A DNA stretch of 34,220 nt from Octopus bimaculoides (GCF_001194135.2 NC_068989.1:15252030-15286249), one strand, 5' to 3'; shown: positions 1 to 11,261, counted from the stretch's first letter. Numbers and translations are program-made. Notes: a model not told the origin generated them from the letters alone.

Positions 1-52
<52 letters not shown>

Positions 53-66
53 ACACACACACACAC
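1..66. repeat. (AC)n microsatellite
   Basis: Near-perfect AC dinucleotide run. Confidence 0.97.
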
Positions 67-958
67 ATGCAGGCACGCCCATGCAGAAATAAATACAGAG
101 AGCGAGAGAGAGATTTCAATATATTAATTGAGCACAACCAAGATAGCTGCCTCCGTCTCTTCATACATATAAAGAGAAATAAGCTCTCACACACACACAC
201 ACACACACATATAGAGCAAGAGAGAGAGAGGGAGAGAAAGAAGAGAGAAAAAAGAGAGAGGGAAAGAGAAAGAGGTGAAGGAAAGGACGAGAGAAATATT
301 AAAGCGCCTAATGTCAAATAAGCCAGCTTCGAATCAGTGACGCCAATGAGGCTGTGCCAAAACGTCTCATACACTTATACTTATCAGAATTGAAACGACA
401 TTATACCTGTAACTGCTTGGCTCGTTTGGATGTGTTTGAAGTTGAGTGATCAATACCATCAGAATGTAGATGAAGAAAATGAGATTGCCCTGTAGATCGA
501 TAAATAAAAAGAAAACTATACAATATTGATTTATAACAACCGCCAGAGGGGGCTCAAAAAAATAATATGTAAGGATTATAAAGAAGATTGACGTACATGT
601 GGAATAAAGGGGTCGAGAGGAAAAATACTAAAAGCAGAATATTGCTGGTTAAATTCCTGTAAAAATATATATCAAAAAAATCTCCCATCAACGATGTGGG
701 AATCGCTCACTTGGGACGGATCAAGACATCACAAGACATCACAAGACTTCGATTACTATGTACCCCTTTCTGCAATCTCCTGGCAGAATTTATCTACTGA
801 TTTTCTCATATCTTGAATCTTAAGTCACGTGAACTCACCTTTCATCGAATTTACTGGAGAGCAACCTTTCTCACTGATCTCACCTTTCGCTTCAAGTTAT
901 ACATCTTTTTCATTTGCGTTATCCCATTTTCAATAGGGCTCACTTTTTAGTGAGTGAG

Positions 959-962
<4 letters not shown>

Positions 963-1012
<50 letters not shown>
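963..1012. repeat. (AGAT)n(AG)n compound microsatellite
   Basis: Read directly from the sequence. Confidence 0.95.
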
Positions 1013-1371
1013 TCAAAGGGCATACAAAATAAGAACAGACGTTTTGTAATCTGCAAAAGGTAATTATTTAATTAGACTCACGATAAGACAAAGAAGATTT
1101 GGTGTGTACAAGACCCACTCATAACGTCCAATATCATTTGACCAGCATCTGTAATGAAAATATCAAATAAAGAATGAAAATATATTTTTGAAAGCATGCA
1201 GAACGCTTTAAAAGTATTCAATGTGTATTTATTATTATATTCTTCTCGAAGAAACATTTTATTTTTACTTTTACGAAAGTCAATTGCAATTATGGAATGC
1301 CGAGAGAACTGACAGAATAGTTTTCCTGTTTAAGCATATGTCAAAGACTCTCAGCCAATTAAAGTGGTGTA

Positions 1372-1373
1372 TA

Positions 1374-1423
<50 letters not shown>

Positions 1424-1457
1424 AATAATAATAATGATAATAATACTAATAATAATA
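1372..1457. repeat. (GAT)n(AAT)n compound microsatellite, 5' flank of RLE element
   Basis: Read directly; source of the poly-D/poly-N start of ORF 1364-2086. Confidence 0.95.
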
Positions 1458-2288
1458 CCAAAGCTTGCTTACCAAAAACTACCAGGCTAACGTTCTTCAA
1501 AACGGTTCTGACGGAAACGGAGGCTGTAATCTGTGCTGCCCAAGAGCAAGCATTAAGAACCAATTACATCAAATACAGAATAGACAACACATCAGAAAGT
1601 GATAAGTGCAGAATCTATGGACAAAATGGTCAAACCGCATGGCGTATTACCAGTCAATGTATTCCACTAGCCCAGAAAGAATATAAGAGACGTCATGACA
1701 ATATAGCAAGGATTGTTCATTGGACACTTTGCAACAAATATGGACTTGACAGAGCAAAAAAGTGGTACGAACATAAACCCGAAGGCATCATCAAAAATGA
1801 TAATGCAAAGATCCTGTGTAATTTTATGATTCAGTGCGATCATGAGATAGAGAATAGGAAACCAGACATAGTGTTAATTGAGAAAGAAAGCAAACGATGC
1901 TGGATCATAGATATGGCATGCCCAACTGACAAGGTATGCAATAAGGAAGAAAGAAAAGTCGATAGATATAACAAGTTAGCTTGGGAGGTTAAGCAGTTGT
2001 GGCCGTTGAAAAAGGTGGTAGCAGTACCAATAATTGTCGGAGCCCTACGAACAGTGAATAAAAATCTTGAGAAGTACATGGAATAAATAAGGGCTGCAAC
2101 AAGGGTGGAGCACTTGCAGAAAACAGCACTGGTTGAAACCGCTCTCGACTACTCCGGATGGTGCTTGAAAAATAAGGGGTGTTACCTCAGTTCACTGGTA
2201 GGGAACAGCTGACACGTAGTACATCTCCAGCGTTAGAAGATGTGCAAAGATAATAAAATAATACAGCGTTAGAAGCTGTGCAAAGGCA

Positions 2289-2289
<1 letters not shown>
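1458..2289 (+). mobile_element. 5'-truncated R4/Dong-like non-LTR retrotransposon (zinc knuckle + restriction-like endonuclease C-terminus), decayed
   Basis: ORF 1364-2086 reads ETEAVICAAQEQAL, a degenerate CCHC knuckle (CRIY..R....C), RHD, WYEH.P, RKPDIV, IIDMACP, PIIVGAL. Homology continues in frame past the stop at 2084-2086 (EHLQKTAL). Ends in a (TAA)n tail. Confidence 0.9.
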
Positions 2290-2361
<72 letters not shown>

Positions 2362-2380
2362 TAATAATAATAATAATAAT
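2290..2380. repeat. (TAA)n microsatellite / 3' tail-target of the RLE element
   Basis: Read directly from the sequence. Confidence 0.95.
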
Positions 2381-3568
2381 ACTGTACAACAAATTTCAGC
2401 GTCAAGATAAAACATAGTTCTCATGTTCATTTTATTATGAAGTTGATTGTGCCTAAATTCTAATTGTATAACAAAAATTTCCCATCACGTGACATTTTCT
2501 TGTAAATTACCGAGTCAATAACTATGTAATTAATACCAATTTCCACGACACCATAAATTAGGCCTTAGGCCTAGTTTTATATGCAGTGGTGGCAAAATAA
2601 TTTTCTCTTCCTTAACTAGTGGCTCATGATTTACATTATGGCATCCTGGTGTCATAGTTTCCCAAGGTGGTCATTCTGAGCGTACATAATGTTCTGATCT
2701 GTCCATACTGTCCCACTTACAAAGGAAGCACATAAACTCGGTGTATCCAGTTTCTAGCTCATTAAGTAGGGCTGCTACTTTCAAATCCGCGCAAATTAGC
2801 CACCCATGCTCCTTGTAACTTATGCGGTCTAGAATAAAAGCGAGGTTCTCACATGTCTCTCTTAAAATGACTGAGCGGGTAATTGGAACTGAAGGCATGA
2901 TGTTTTCAATGTGCAACAGAACTGCTTTTATTCTGTAAAAGGATGCATCTATGAATAACCTCCACTCATTTCGCTCATAGGTCAGCCCAAGGGCATTGAT
3001 ATCATTACAATCTGATATCTGATATCTGATATCATTACAATAAGTCAAGTTGTTTTCCAAAATGAAGAATTGCTGTAGATCTGCAGAACGCTTCCTAAAT
3101 ACTGTAATTCGAGCATCTTTATCCATCAGGTTCCATTGTTGCAGACCTGAGGCCAGGGCTTCACTCTGTTGCTTAATAAATGTTAGGTCACAAACTAGAT
3201 CATTGCATTCAGATTGGGTGATGAGGTGTAGTTTCTTATCAGATTTACCACGGATTTGGACTCATATAACTATAAAAATATTGAATTTACTTTTATAATT
3301 TTCATAGGTTAGGTTGGAAAATACCTTAGAAACACCCCATTAAAATTATATCAAAATCCGTTAATAACTTTTAGAGTTGTCAGTTTCGGCCCAATCCTGT
3401 TTGCACTCAATTCCTATGGAACCATCGGTGTATTTAACGTAAAATGGTAATTTACGAGAAAGTGGAGGGACCACAGAAAGAAACGAATATTATATACTTG
3501 ATTTAGACACAAAATATCCCTAGAAAAGGTTATTCTCATTTCCGTTTTTTTCCCATTCTTATACAGTG
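2380..3568 (-). mobile_element. Internally deleted DNA transposon, probably Chapaev3 (CMC superfamily)
   Basis: Minus-strand transposase pieces: HLITQSECNDLV..QQSEALASGLQQWNL, EWRLFIDAS..IKAVLLH, WLICADLKV..GYTEFMCFLCKWDS, PLV..EKIILPPLHIKLGL. Termini (t)ACTGTA..TACAGTG with TAA on both flanks. Subterminal inverted repeat 2496-2511 / 3446-3461 (15/16). Family name is from recall. Confidence 0.75.
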
Positions 3569-3853
3569 TAATCCATAAGCTGACATCTAAATACCAAAAC
3601 CATGATAAGTTAACATCCAACTTTCAATTTTTTCCTAAGTAACAAACTAATATACATTATTTGTTGTTGCCTCATTGCCTCTGTCTCGTATGTGTTTTGA
3701 TTTTTGTGCATTTGCCATATATATATATTTAAATATATAGTTTTAGAGAAAAGAACCAAAGTTCATGAACTCATCCATGAAAATCCACAGTCACATATAG
3801 AAAAATAATTGAATTTAATTGAGTTTTTACCTGTAAATTCGGATTTTTATCCC

Positions 3854-3998
<145 letters not shown>

Positions 3999-4462
3999 GT
4001 GCAAGAGTTACGGAATGGAATAGACAAGATCCGGGGTACATAAGTTTCATAGCGAGCGGAACCTCAGAAGTGGTAAATATCCAAGCGAGGTGTGTACCAC
4101 GGGTTACACCTCAGACCAAAGATAATCAAGACATTCTTGGCCTGAAGAGTAGCCTACGATATATACCTCGCTTGGATTTTTACCACTTCTGAGGTTCCGC
4201 TCGATATGAAACATATGTAGCCCGGATCTCATCTACTTCATTCCGTAATTCTTGTATTCTTATTCGCATACCCGGCAATTTTGGTCGCCTACCCTGAAAT
4301 ATAAAAAGAACTTTTTTCAGTTTATCGTATTCCGATACCGAAAAAAAATCCACAATCTTCCGTCTCAATAAACTAATATTGTCCCTAAAAGCTATTTTTT
4401 GTATTTACTACGGATTGCTTGAAGCTAATTTTCTTCCTACACCACGACCCCGTGATTTTACT
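3999..4462. repeat. Unclassified segment between (AT)n arrays containing a 95-bp-arm inverted repeat
   Basis: 4002-4096 is the reverse complement of 4160-4254 (84/95 by manual alignment), with a 63-nt spacer. Both flanks are (AT)n. Confidence 0.75.
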
Positions 4463-4908
4463 TATATATATATATATATATAAAGGAGGCCACTATGTGG
4501 ACTGCCAATGTGCTAGAAGAAGATCACATGTCATGTGTCTACTAAGACCGGATAATTCTCAAAGGGAATTTAGCGAAGTAACAAAAACGTAAAGCGGGCA
4601 AGGCGAGTGAAAATTACATAAAAAATCTAATTATTTGTAAACATGTTTCGAAATCAATAGATTCTTACCGAAAATATCTGTTTCTCATCAGTACAAACTG
4701 TTTGTTTAAATATAATTTACAGGATCGCAGACTAAGTTGTACGTCACAATTAACGCACATGTGTACGGTTCTGTACAATTATATTTGTGATACAGTAATC
4801 CTTTGAGATTTAGATAATTTTTCTGAATCTCTCTGATTCTTTTAATGTGCTGGTTACCTGGTATTAAATTGATATTAATTAATATCCAATTTTTACCCTA
4901 TTGTTTAA

Positions 4909-4952
<44 letters not shown>

Positions 4953-5519
4953 GAGGAAGAATTATGTAACATTTGAAGAGTGGATGTAAAAAGAATTAGA
5001 TTTAAAAGAAAAGATGAAACTAAGAAAATGAAGCAAGAGTTGAAAGAAAATCTTCGAGAAATAGTAGAAATGTGTTATATTTTATTAGCTATGTAATGGA
5101 TATGAAGATCTGTTGCGAGGAATATATAGATTAGAAATAGTCTATATAGAGGAATATATAGATTAGAAGTAGTATATAGTATACAGGTTAATTGGAGAAG
5201 ATAAATGACATTGGAAGATGGTATATAGATTATGAGAACGGTAGAATGAAAGGAAGAAAAAGCGCAAGAAGTGAAATACAAAAGAATTGAAAAATAAGCG
5301 AAAAGGAGGAAAAAATGTGTATACATAACTATATGTCTACGCTTGTACATGAATTTGTATGGCCTTCGTTTTTGCCATCAGAAAATTCTATATTGGAAAA
5401 CTTCAAAACCATGTTTCTGTTTGAGTACCAGCTCAGAAATGTTTAGCAATTATAACCTCAGATACATATTTAGGTCATCTTGACTTTACTCACTTAGGTC
5501 TTCTTCATTGCTAATATCT

Positions 5520-5790
5520 CTATCAGCAACACATCAACAAGCTATATAATTTACAGAATTCAATCTCAAACGATAATAATTAATTCTATCATTACCGCGT
5601 GGGAAGTGTTACAGCATATTTCAAAGCATTTTCAAAGGAGAAACCACCGGTATGACATGGGGAATGTTAGATGAAGAAAAGACATTTAGGAATGGATCAA
5701 AGTTTTGCAGCTACTGTCTTACAGAGAAATTCCACATCATTTGATACCCTGTCAACTTCAAATTAAAAAGAGAGCTAATTCTTAACGATT
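5520..5790 (+). mobile_element. Penelope-like element GIY-YIG/C-terminal remnant (pseudogenised)
   Basis: Frame from 5651 reads MTWGMLDEEKTFRNGSKFCSYCLTEKFHII*, matching the recalled PLE C-terminal pattern ITW.IL....Y.NGSK.C.LCL.EK. Confidence 0.6.
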
Positions 5791-5845
5791 TTGAAAGAGC
5801 ACTATCCTAATGCATAATGGACGTAGCAAACATTAGGCAACTAAC

Positions 5846-6196
5846 TAGTTTGCTTACCAACCACATGGTTCTGGGTTCAGTCCCACTGCGTGGCACCTTG
5901 GGCAAGTGGATTTGGTAGACGGAAACTGAAAGAAGCCTGTCATATATATATATATATATATGTATGTATGTGTGTGTATATGTTTGTGTGTCTGTGTTTG
6001 TCCCCCCCAACATCGCTTGACAATCGATGCTGGTGTGTTTACGTCACCGTAACTTAGCGGTTCGGCGAAAGAAGCCGATAGAATAAGTACTAGGCTTCCA
6101 AAGAATAAGTCCTGGGTGTCGATTTGCTCGACTAAAGGCGGTGCTACAGCATGGCCGCAGTCAAATGACTGAAAGAAGTAAAAGAGTAAAGAGAGA
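5846..6196 (+). mobile_element. tRNA-derived SINE, family A (5' worn, internal deletion)
   Basis: B-box-like GGGTTCAGTCCC, GGATTTGGTAGACGGAAACTGAAAGAAGC core, internal (AT)/(GT) run, 3' AAAAGAG repeats. Collinear with 8402-8763. Confidence 0.9.
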
Positions 6197-7077
6197 GTAT
6201 CACTACTAATAGTCTTTTGTTTTCAACCTGCCGACATGTACAGTCGATTGAACAGAAGAGTGGTTTTGGAGGGTAATCAAAATATATTGCACACGAAAAC
6301 ACACACACACATACGCACACGCACAAACACACACATAGATTGAAGTAGGAGGACGAGTAGACATACACAACGTAGATAAAATTAGCTTAAATGAATATAG
6401 CTTACAATTTGTTGAACATTGTTCCGCGAATTGTGGCATAAATTAACGCTGGTACCAACGGGAAAACTGAAGGAAAAGAGCACAAGCCATATATACAAAA
6501 TTAGGTTTTTGTATGCATTTAATGCAGTGGCTATTAAAGAAAAAGTTAAGAAAAATTATGTGATGAAAAAGAAAAAAATATCTATACTATTCAATAATCA
6601 GGATAGATCATATTTGTAACAAATACGACTGACAACATACATTTTTCTGATCTCACCAGATAAATATAGGTTACACCTGTTAAAAAGTAATATTGAAAGA
6701 ATATTTTAAGTAAATGTACAAGAGAGTCCACTGGTTGGCGTAGCAGATAAAAAAAAAAAACGTCTGTTCCGTTCCAAACTAAATACAAAGAGCAGAAGGA
6801 ATTATGAAGAATCTTTAGCAAAAACAAAAAGAAACAGGATCTTTTTTAAAACGGGGGCCACATTTTTCATTAACGAAACACTTTGAAACTTGGAACACTG
6901 GTAGAATGTGTCATATAAAACATCTTTTTCTCTTAGTCTTCTTTAAAAAAAAAGAAATCCATAAATTATTCCATGTTAAAGTTGTCGTATTTCTGTAATT
7001 TCAACCAATCACTGACGTCCATTCAGCCGATATACATTAAGTGCCGACTACATAAACAAACGATTCTGAAACAATTA

Positions 7078-7150
7078 ATCCTAACCCTAACCCTAACTCT
7101 AACCCTAACCCTAACCCTAACTCTAACCCTAACCCTAACCCTAGGGTTAG
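7078..7150. repeat. Interstitial telomere-like (CCCTAA)n tract with CTCTAA variants
   Basis: About 11 hexamers, then CCCTAGGGTTAG abutting an N gap. Confidence 0.9.
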
Positions 7151-7757
7151 NNNNNNNNNNNNNNNNNNNNNNNNNNNNNNNNNNNNNNNNNNNNNNNNNN
7201 NNNNNNNNNNNNNNNNNNNNNNNNNNNNNNNNNNNNNNNNNNNNNNNNNNNNNNNNNNNNNNNNNNNNNNNNNNNNNNNNNNNNNNNNNNNNNNNNNNNN
7301 NNNNNNNNNNNNNNNNNNNNNNNNNNNNNNNNNNNNNNNNNNNNNNNNNNNNNNNNNNNNNNNNNNNNNNNNNNNNNNNNNNNNNNNNNNNNNNNNNNNN
7401 NNNNNNNNNNNNNNNNNNNNNNNNNNNNNNNNNNNNNNNNNNNNNNNNNNNNNNNNNNNNNNNNNNNNNNNNNGTATTTGAAAGAAAAAGGCTCCCTGTA
7501 TACATACATACATACATACATACATACATGCATATCTAACTCTTCGAAACGCTTAGTTTTAGAATGGTGGCAGCTGATGAAGGAAATGTTCTCTATGTGG
7601 CCTGTGTGTTTTCTGTACTCTGTTTATCATTTTGTCCACGTTTTTTTTGCAACGTCCTGTTCCCAGATATGCATCTATATATACATGTAGATGTAGGTAT
7701 GTACATACATGTACATACATGTACGTATATATGCATATACTCACATATTATTTGTAT

Positions 7758-7789
<32 letters not shown>

Positions 7790-8160
7790 ATGGATTCTCT
7801 TGTCGTGAACGTCGTCGTAATCGGCGGAATGCCAGTTATGTATGTATGTATGTATGTATGTATGTATGTATGTATGTATGTATGTGTGAAGGCGCTTGAT
7901 TTAGTAACTAGGACAACTTGTAACTACATAAACACCTACAATTAGCGAAAGTATGGTAGATATAACTAAGCTATACATGCTAACAGATGATAGCTGGCAG
8001 AACAATACATATACACGCTACTGATTGACTACCATAGCAATGCTATCTTGTGCATGCAAAACAGCCTTTTATGTAAACACACTTCAGCGTAGAGAAGTCA
8101 GCTCACAATGCCACATCTGCGAGATTTCATGAAGAAGGGGTCCTAATCTAAAAAGGAATT

Positions 8161-8231
<71 letters not shown>

Positions 8232-8401
8232 NNNNNNNNNNNNNNNNNNNNNNNNNNNNNNNNNNNNNNNNNNNNNNNNNNNNNNNNNNNNNNNNNNNNN
8301 NNNNNNNNNNNNNNNNNNNNNNNNNNNNNNNNNNNNNNNNNNNNNNNNNNNNNNNNNNNNNNNNNNNNNNNNNNNNNNNNNNNNNNNNNNNNGATATATA
8401 T

Positions 8402-8763
8402 GGAGTGGCTGTGTGGTAAGTAGCTTGCTTACTAACCACATGGTTCTGGGTTCAGTCCCACTGCGTGGCACCTTGGGCAAGTGTCTTCTACTATAGCCTC
8501 GGGCCGCCGAAAGCCGTGTGAGTGGATTTGGTAGACGGAAACTGAAACAAGCCCATCGTATATACGCATATATATATATATATGTATGTGTGTGTATATG
8601 TTTGTGTGCCTGTGTTTGTCACCTCAACTTCGCTTGACAACCGATGCTGGTGTGTTTACGTCCCTGTAACTTAGCAGTTCGGCAAAAGAGACCGATAAAA
8701 TAAGTACTAGGCTTACAAAGAACAAATCCTGGGGTCGATTTGCTCGACTAAAGGCGGTGCTCC
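8402..8763 (+). mobile_element. tRNA-derived SINE, family A
   Basis: GGAGTGGCTGTGTGGTAAG A-box-like head, B-box, central core, internal microsatellite. 3' end is truncated relative to 5846-6196. Confidence 0.92.
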
Positions 8764-8779
8764 ACACAAAAACGAAAAG

Positions 8780-8824
8780 TGTCACTGAAGAGGTCACGGA
8801 TGTCTGACGAAAGATTTCCGGACA
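8780..8824 (+). ncRNA. Candidate degenerate minimal type I hammerhead ribozyme motif
   Basis: TGTCA-CTGAAGA-G-GTCA(cggatgtc)TGAC-GAAA-GATTTCC-GGACA gives a CUGANGA core, 4-bp stem II, GAAA and TGTC/GACA stem I. Confidence 0.45.
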
Positions 8825-8939
8825 ATGGGCATGAGTTAAAATAATAAAATAAGGACAGTAATAAACGAGTGAAGAAAAAATATATAGTGCGTGTGTTTAT
8901 TTGGCCCCCCCAAAAAGACCATCCCGAAACACAACAATA

Positions 8940-8970
<31 letters not shown>

Positions 8971-9705
8971 AATGATTTTGTTCAGCATATTCCCCTCTCA
9001 GATTCACATACTTATTGTCGGTCCTTCAGTTTATGTAAGCCCTGCAAAAGAACTCAGAGGGCTTGGCGTCCAACCAGGCCTTTCGCAATACTCTTAAAGT
9101 CAGGAACTTTTCAGTACTCCTTTGTATATATATATGGATTTATAAATTCACACTCACTCAAACTGTTCATTGTATTTTGTGATTGGCAAAAATATCTAGA
9201 AGAAAACGGCCTTATAAAAAGGATCGATACATAGTATACGCAACAGTGCAATAAAAATAATTTTAAAAAAACTATTACTGAGTTTATTTTTACTTTATAT
9301 TTATATATATTTTCTATTTCATTTAATTATCATTTCTAATCTTTTACTAAACCTTTTATGTTGTTGTACGTATTCTCAAAAATAATGCTCTGTTAAAGAT
9401 TTTTCAATGTTGAACTATTTATAAATGTTCTGAATTTTCAATAACCTCTCATTAAAAAAATATATCTTACTTTAGTATTTATATTCAATTGTTTATTTTA
9501 AATTCTTACTTAATTTTAAACTATATATTTTTTTCTATTTAAAAAAAAATTATTTTATCTTTTTATATTTTTGTGGCTTCTTTAACTTTGAGCCATTTAT
9601 AAATGTTGATTTCCGATGTTTATTCTATTCTGGGCTCCAGATGGGATACAATAATTATTGCTGAAAGTATATTAGCCTTAAGGTGATTCATTTTAAATTA
9701 AAGGA

Positions 9706-10130
9706 TATACATACATACATACATACGCAGATATATATTCATACATACATACATATCCATATACAAACGTACATATACGTACATACACAAACACGTACAC
9801 ACAAATACACATACATACATACTTATACATATATACATACATACATGCATACATATCCATATACATGCGTACGTACACAAACACACACGTATATACGTAT
9901 ATACACAAACACACACATACATACGTACATACATACATACAGGCATACATACATATATACATACATATACACACATGTATATATATGCGCAAAAATATAA
10001 TTTATGTTGAGGTATGCATAAATATTTACTCTCTCTCACTCACATGTATATAAACTCACACAAGTATATCTTTATAAATATACATACGTATATATACGTG
10101 TATGTATGTGTGTTTGTGTGTGCGCGCGCG
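9706..10130. repeat. Degenerate (ATAC)n/(AC)n/(AT)n microsatellite field
   Basis: Read directly; explains several HTYI-type ORFs. Confidence 0.9.
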
Positions 10131-10274
10131 CGGGGGTCCTACACACACGCATATATATCACTGTCACTGTATCGACCAGACTAGTGAATGTTCTTAGACA
10201 CCGCTGGCCACAATGCGCTTCTTCGCCAAGGTGAAGCCTTCTAACGAAACCATCCTGCTGACGAGGTGGACAGG

Positions 10275-10460
10275 CTTGTTTGTTTCCCTTTGAATGGAAC
10301 ACCAGTCCGTCGCAGGGTTATTCATTTACGGCTGAGTGAACTGGAGTAACGTAAAATGAGATGTTTTGCTCTCAAGTACACAACACAGCGCCGATGTGGG
10401 AATCGAAAGCAGGATCTTGTGATCGTGTGTAAAACATCCTAACCACTAGACCATGTGTCA
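10275..10460 (-). mobile_element. Diverged tRNA-derived SINE fragment (family C-related)
   Basis: GGGAATCGAA (reverse B-box), CCTAACCACTAG (reverse A-box), and an ACTGGAGTAACGT..AAAT block shared with 11680-11935. Confidence 0.65.
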
Positions 10461-10597
10461 TCGCAATGGAAATTAAGACATACATATGCGTTTGCATACA
10501 TTTATATTTATGTGCGTTTGTATGTGTGTGGACAATGTAGTGCACAATGTTAAAAAAAAAAAAGGTGAGGATGATTACAGCTGAAACACCTTTTGAA

Positions 10598-11261
10598 GGC
10601 GGTGAGCTGTCAGAAACGTTAGCACGGCGGGCGAAATGCTTAGCAGTATTTCGTCTGAGTTCAAATTCCGCCGAGGTCGACTTTGCCTATCATCCTTACA
10701 GGGGTCGATAAATTAAGTACCAGTTACGCACTGGGGTCGATGTAATCGACTTAATCCCTTTGCCTGTCCTTGTTTGTACCCTCTATGTTTAGCCCCTTGA
10801 GGGCAATAAAGAAATAAGTATTTCGTCTGCCGTTACATTCCGAGTTCAAATTCAGCCGAGGTCGACTTTGCCTTTCATTCTTTCAGGGGTCGATAAATTA
10901 AGTACCAGTTACGCACTGGNNNNNNNNNNNNNNNNNNNNNNNNNNNNNNNNNNNNNNNNNNNNNNNNNNNNNNNNNNNNNNNNNNNNNNNNNNNNNNNNN
11001 NNNNNNNNNNNNNNNNNNNNNNNNNNNNNNNNNNNNNNNNNNNNNNNNNNNNNNNNNNNNNNNNNNTAAAGAAATAAGTATTTCGTCTGCCGTTACATTC
11101 CGAGTTCAAATTCAGCCGAGGTCGACTTTGCCTTTCATTCTTTCAGGGGTCGATAAATTAAGTACCAGTTACGCACTGGTGTCGATGTAATCGACTTAAT
11201 CCCTTTGTCTGTCCTTGTTTGTACCCTCTATGTTTAGCCCCTTGTGGGCAATAAAGAAATA
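10598..11261 (+). mobile_element. Family B SINE, tandem multimer (one full unit + headless units) within a 12-bp direct repeat
   Basis: GGCGGTGAGCTG head and GAGTTCAAATTCC B-box. The unit restarts at about 10818 and 11078. TGAAACACCTTT occurs at 10582-10593 and 11262-11273. Confidence 0.9.

Noticed and set aside
335-352. TGACG/CCAAT promoter-like motifs
   Set aside because: Short motifs with no adjacent gene or TSS evidence; expected by chance.
4142-4170. CTGAAGA-GTA-gcc-TAC-GATA hammerhead-like string in the hairpin spacer
   Set aside because: GAAA is replaced by GATA and no stem I partner was found.
7078-7150. True telomere or telomere-fusion site
   Set aside because: The position is internal, the tract is short, and the polarity (CCCTAA then GGGTTA) is opposite to a head-to-head fusion.
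6973-7539. Long ORFs spanning N gaps or SSRs (also 8143-8480, 23163-23726, 29843-30589, 32255-33039, 9683-10053)
   Set aside because: Lengths come from X runs or dipeptide repeats translated from microsatellites; there is no coding signal.
7541-7600. GAAAC...CTGATGA as a type II hammerhead
   Set aside because: Core motifs are present but stems I and II do not pair convincingly. At most a truncated PLE-like end.
10598-11261. CRISPR-like or prokaryotic repeat array
   Set aside because: The units are ~190-bp SINE bodies with no unique spacers, and the context is eukaryotic.
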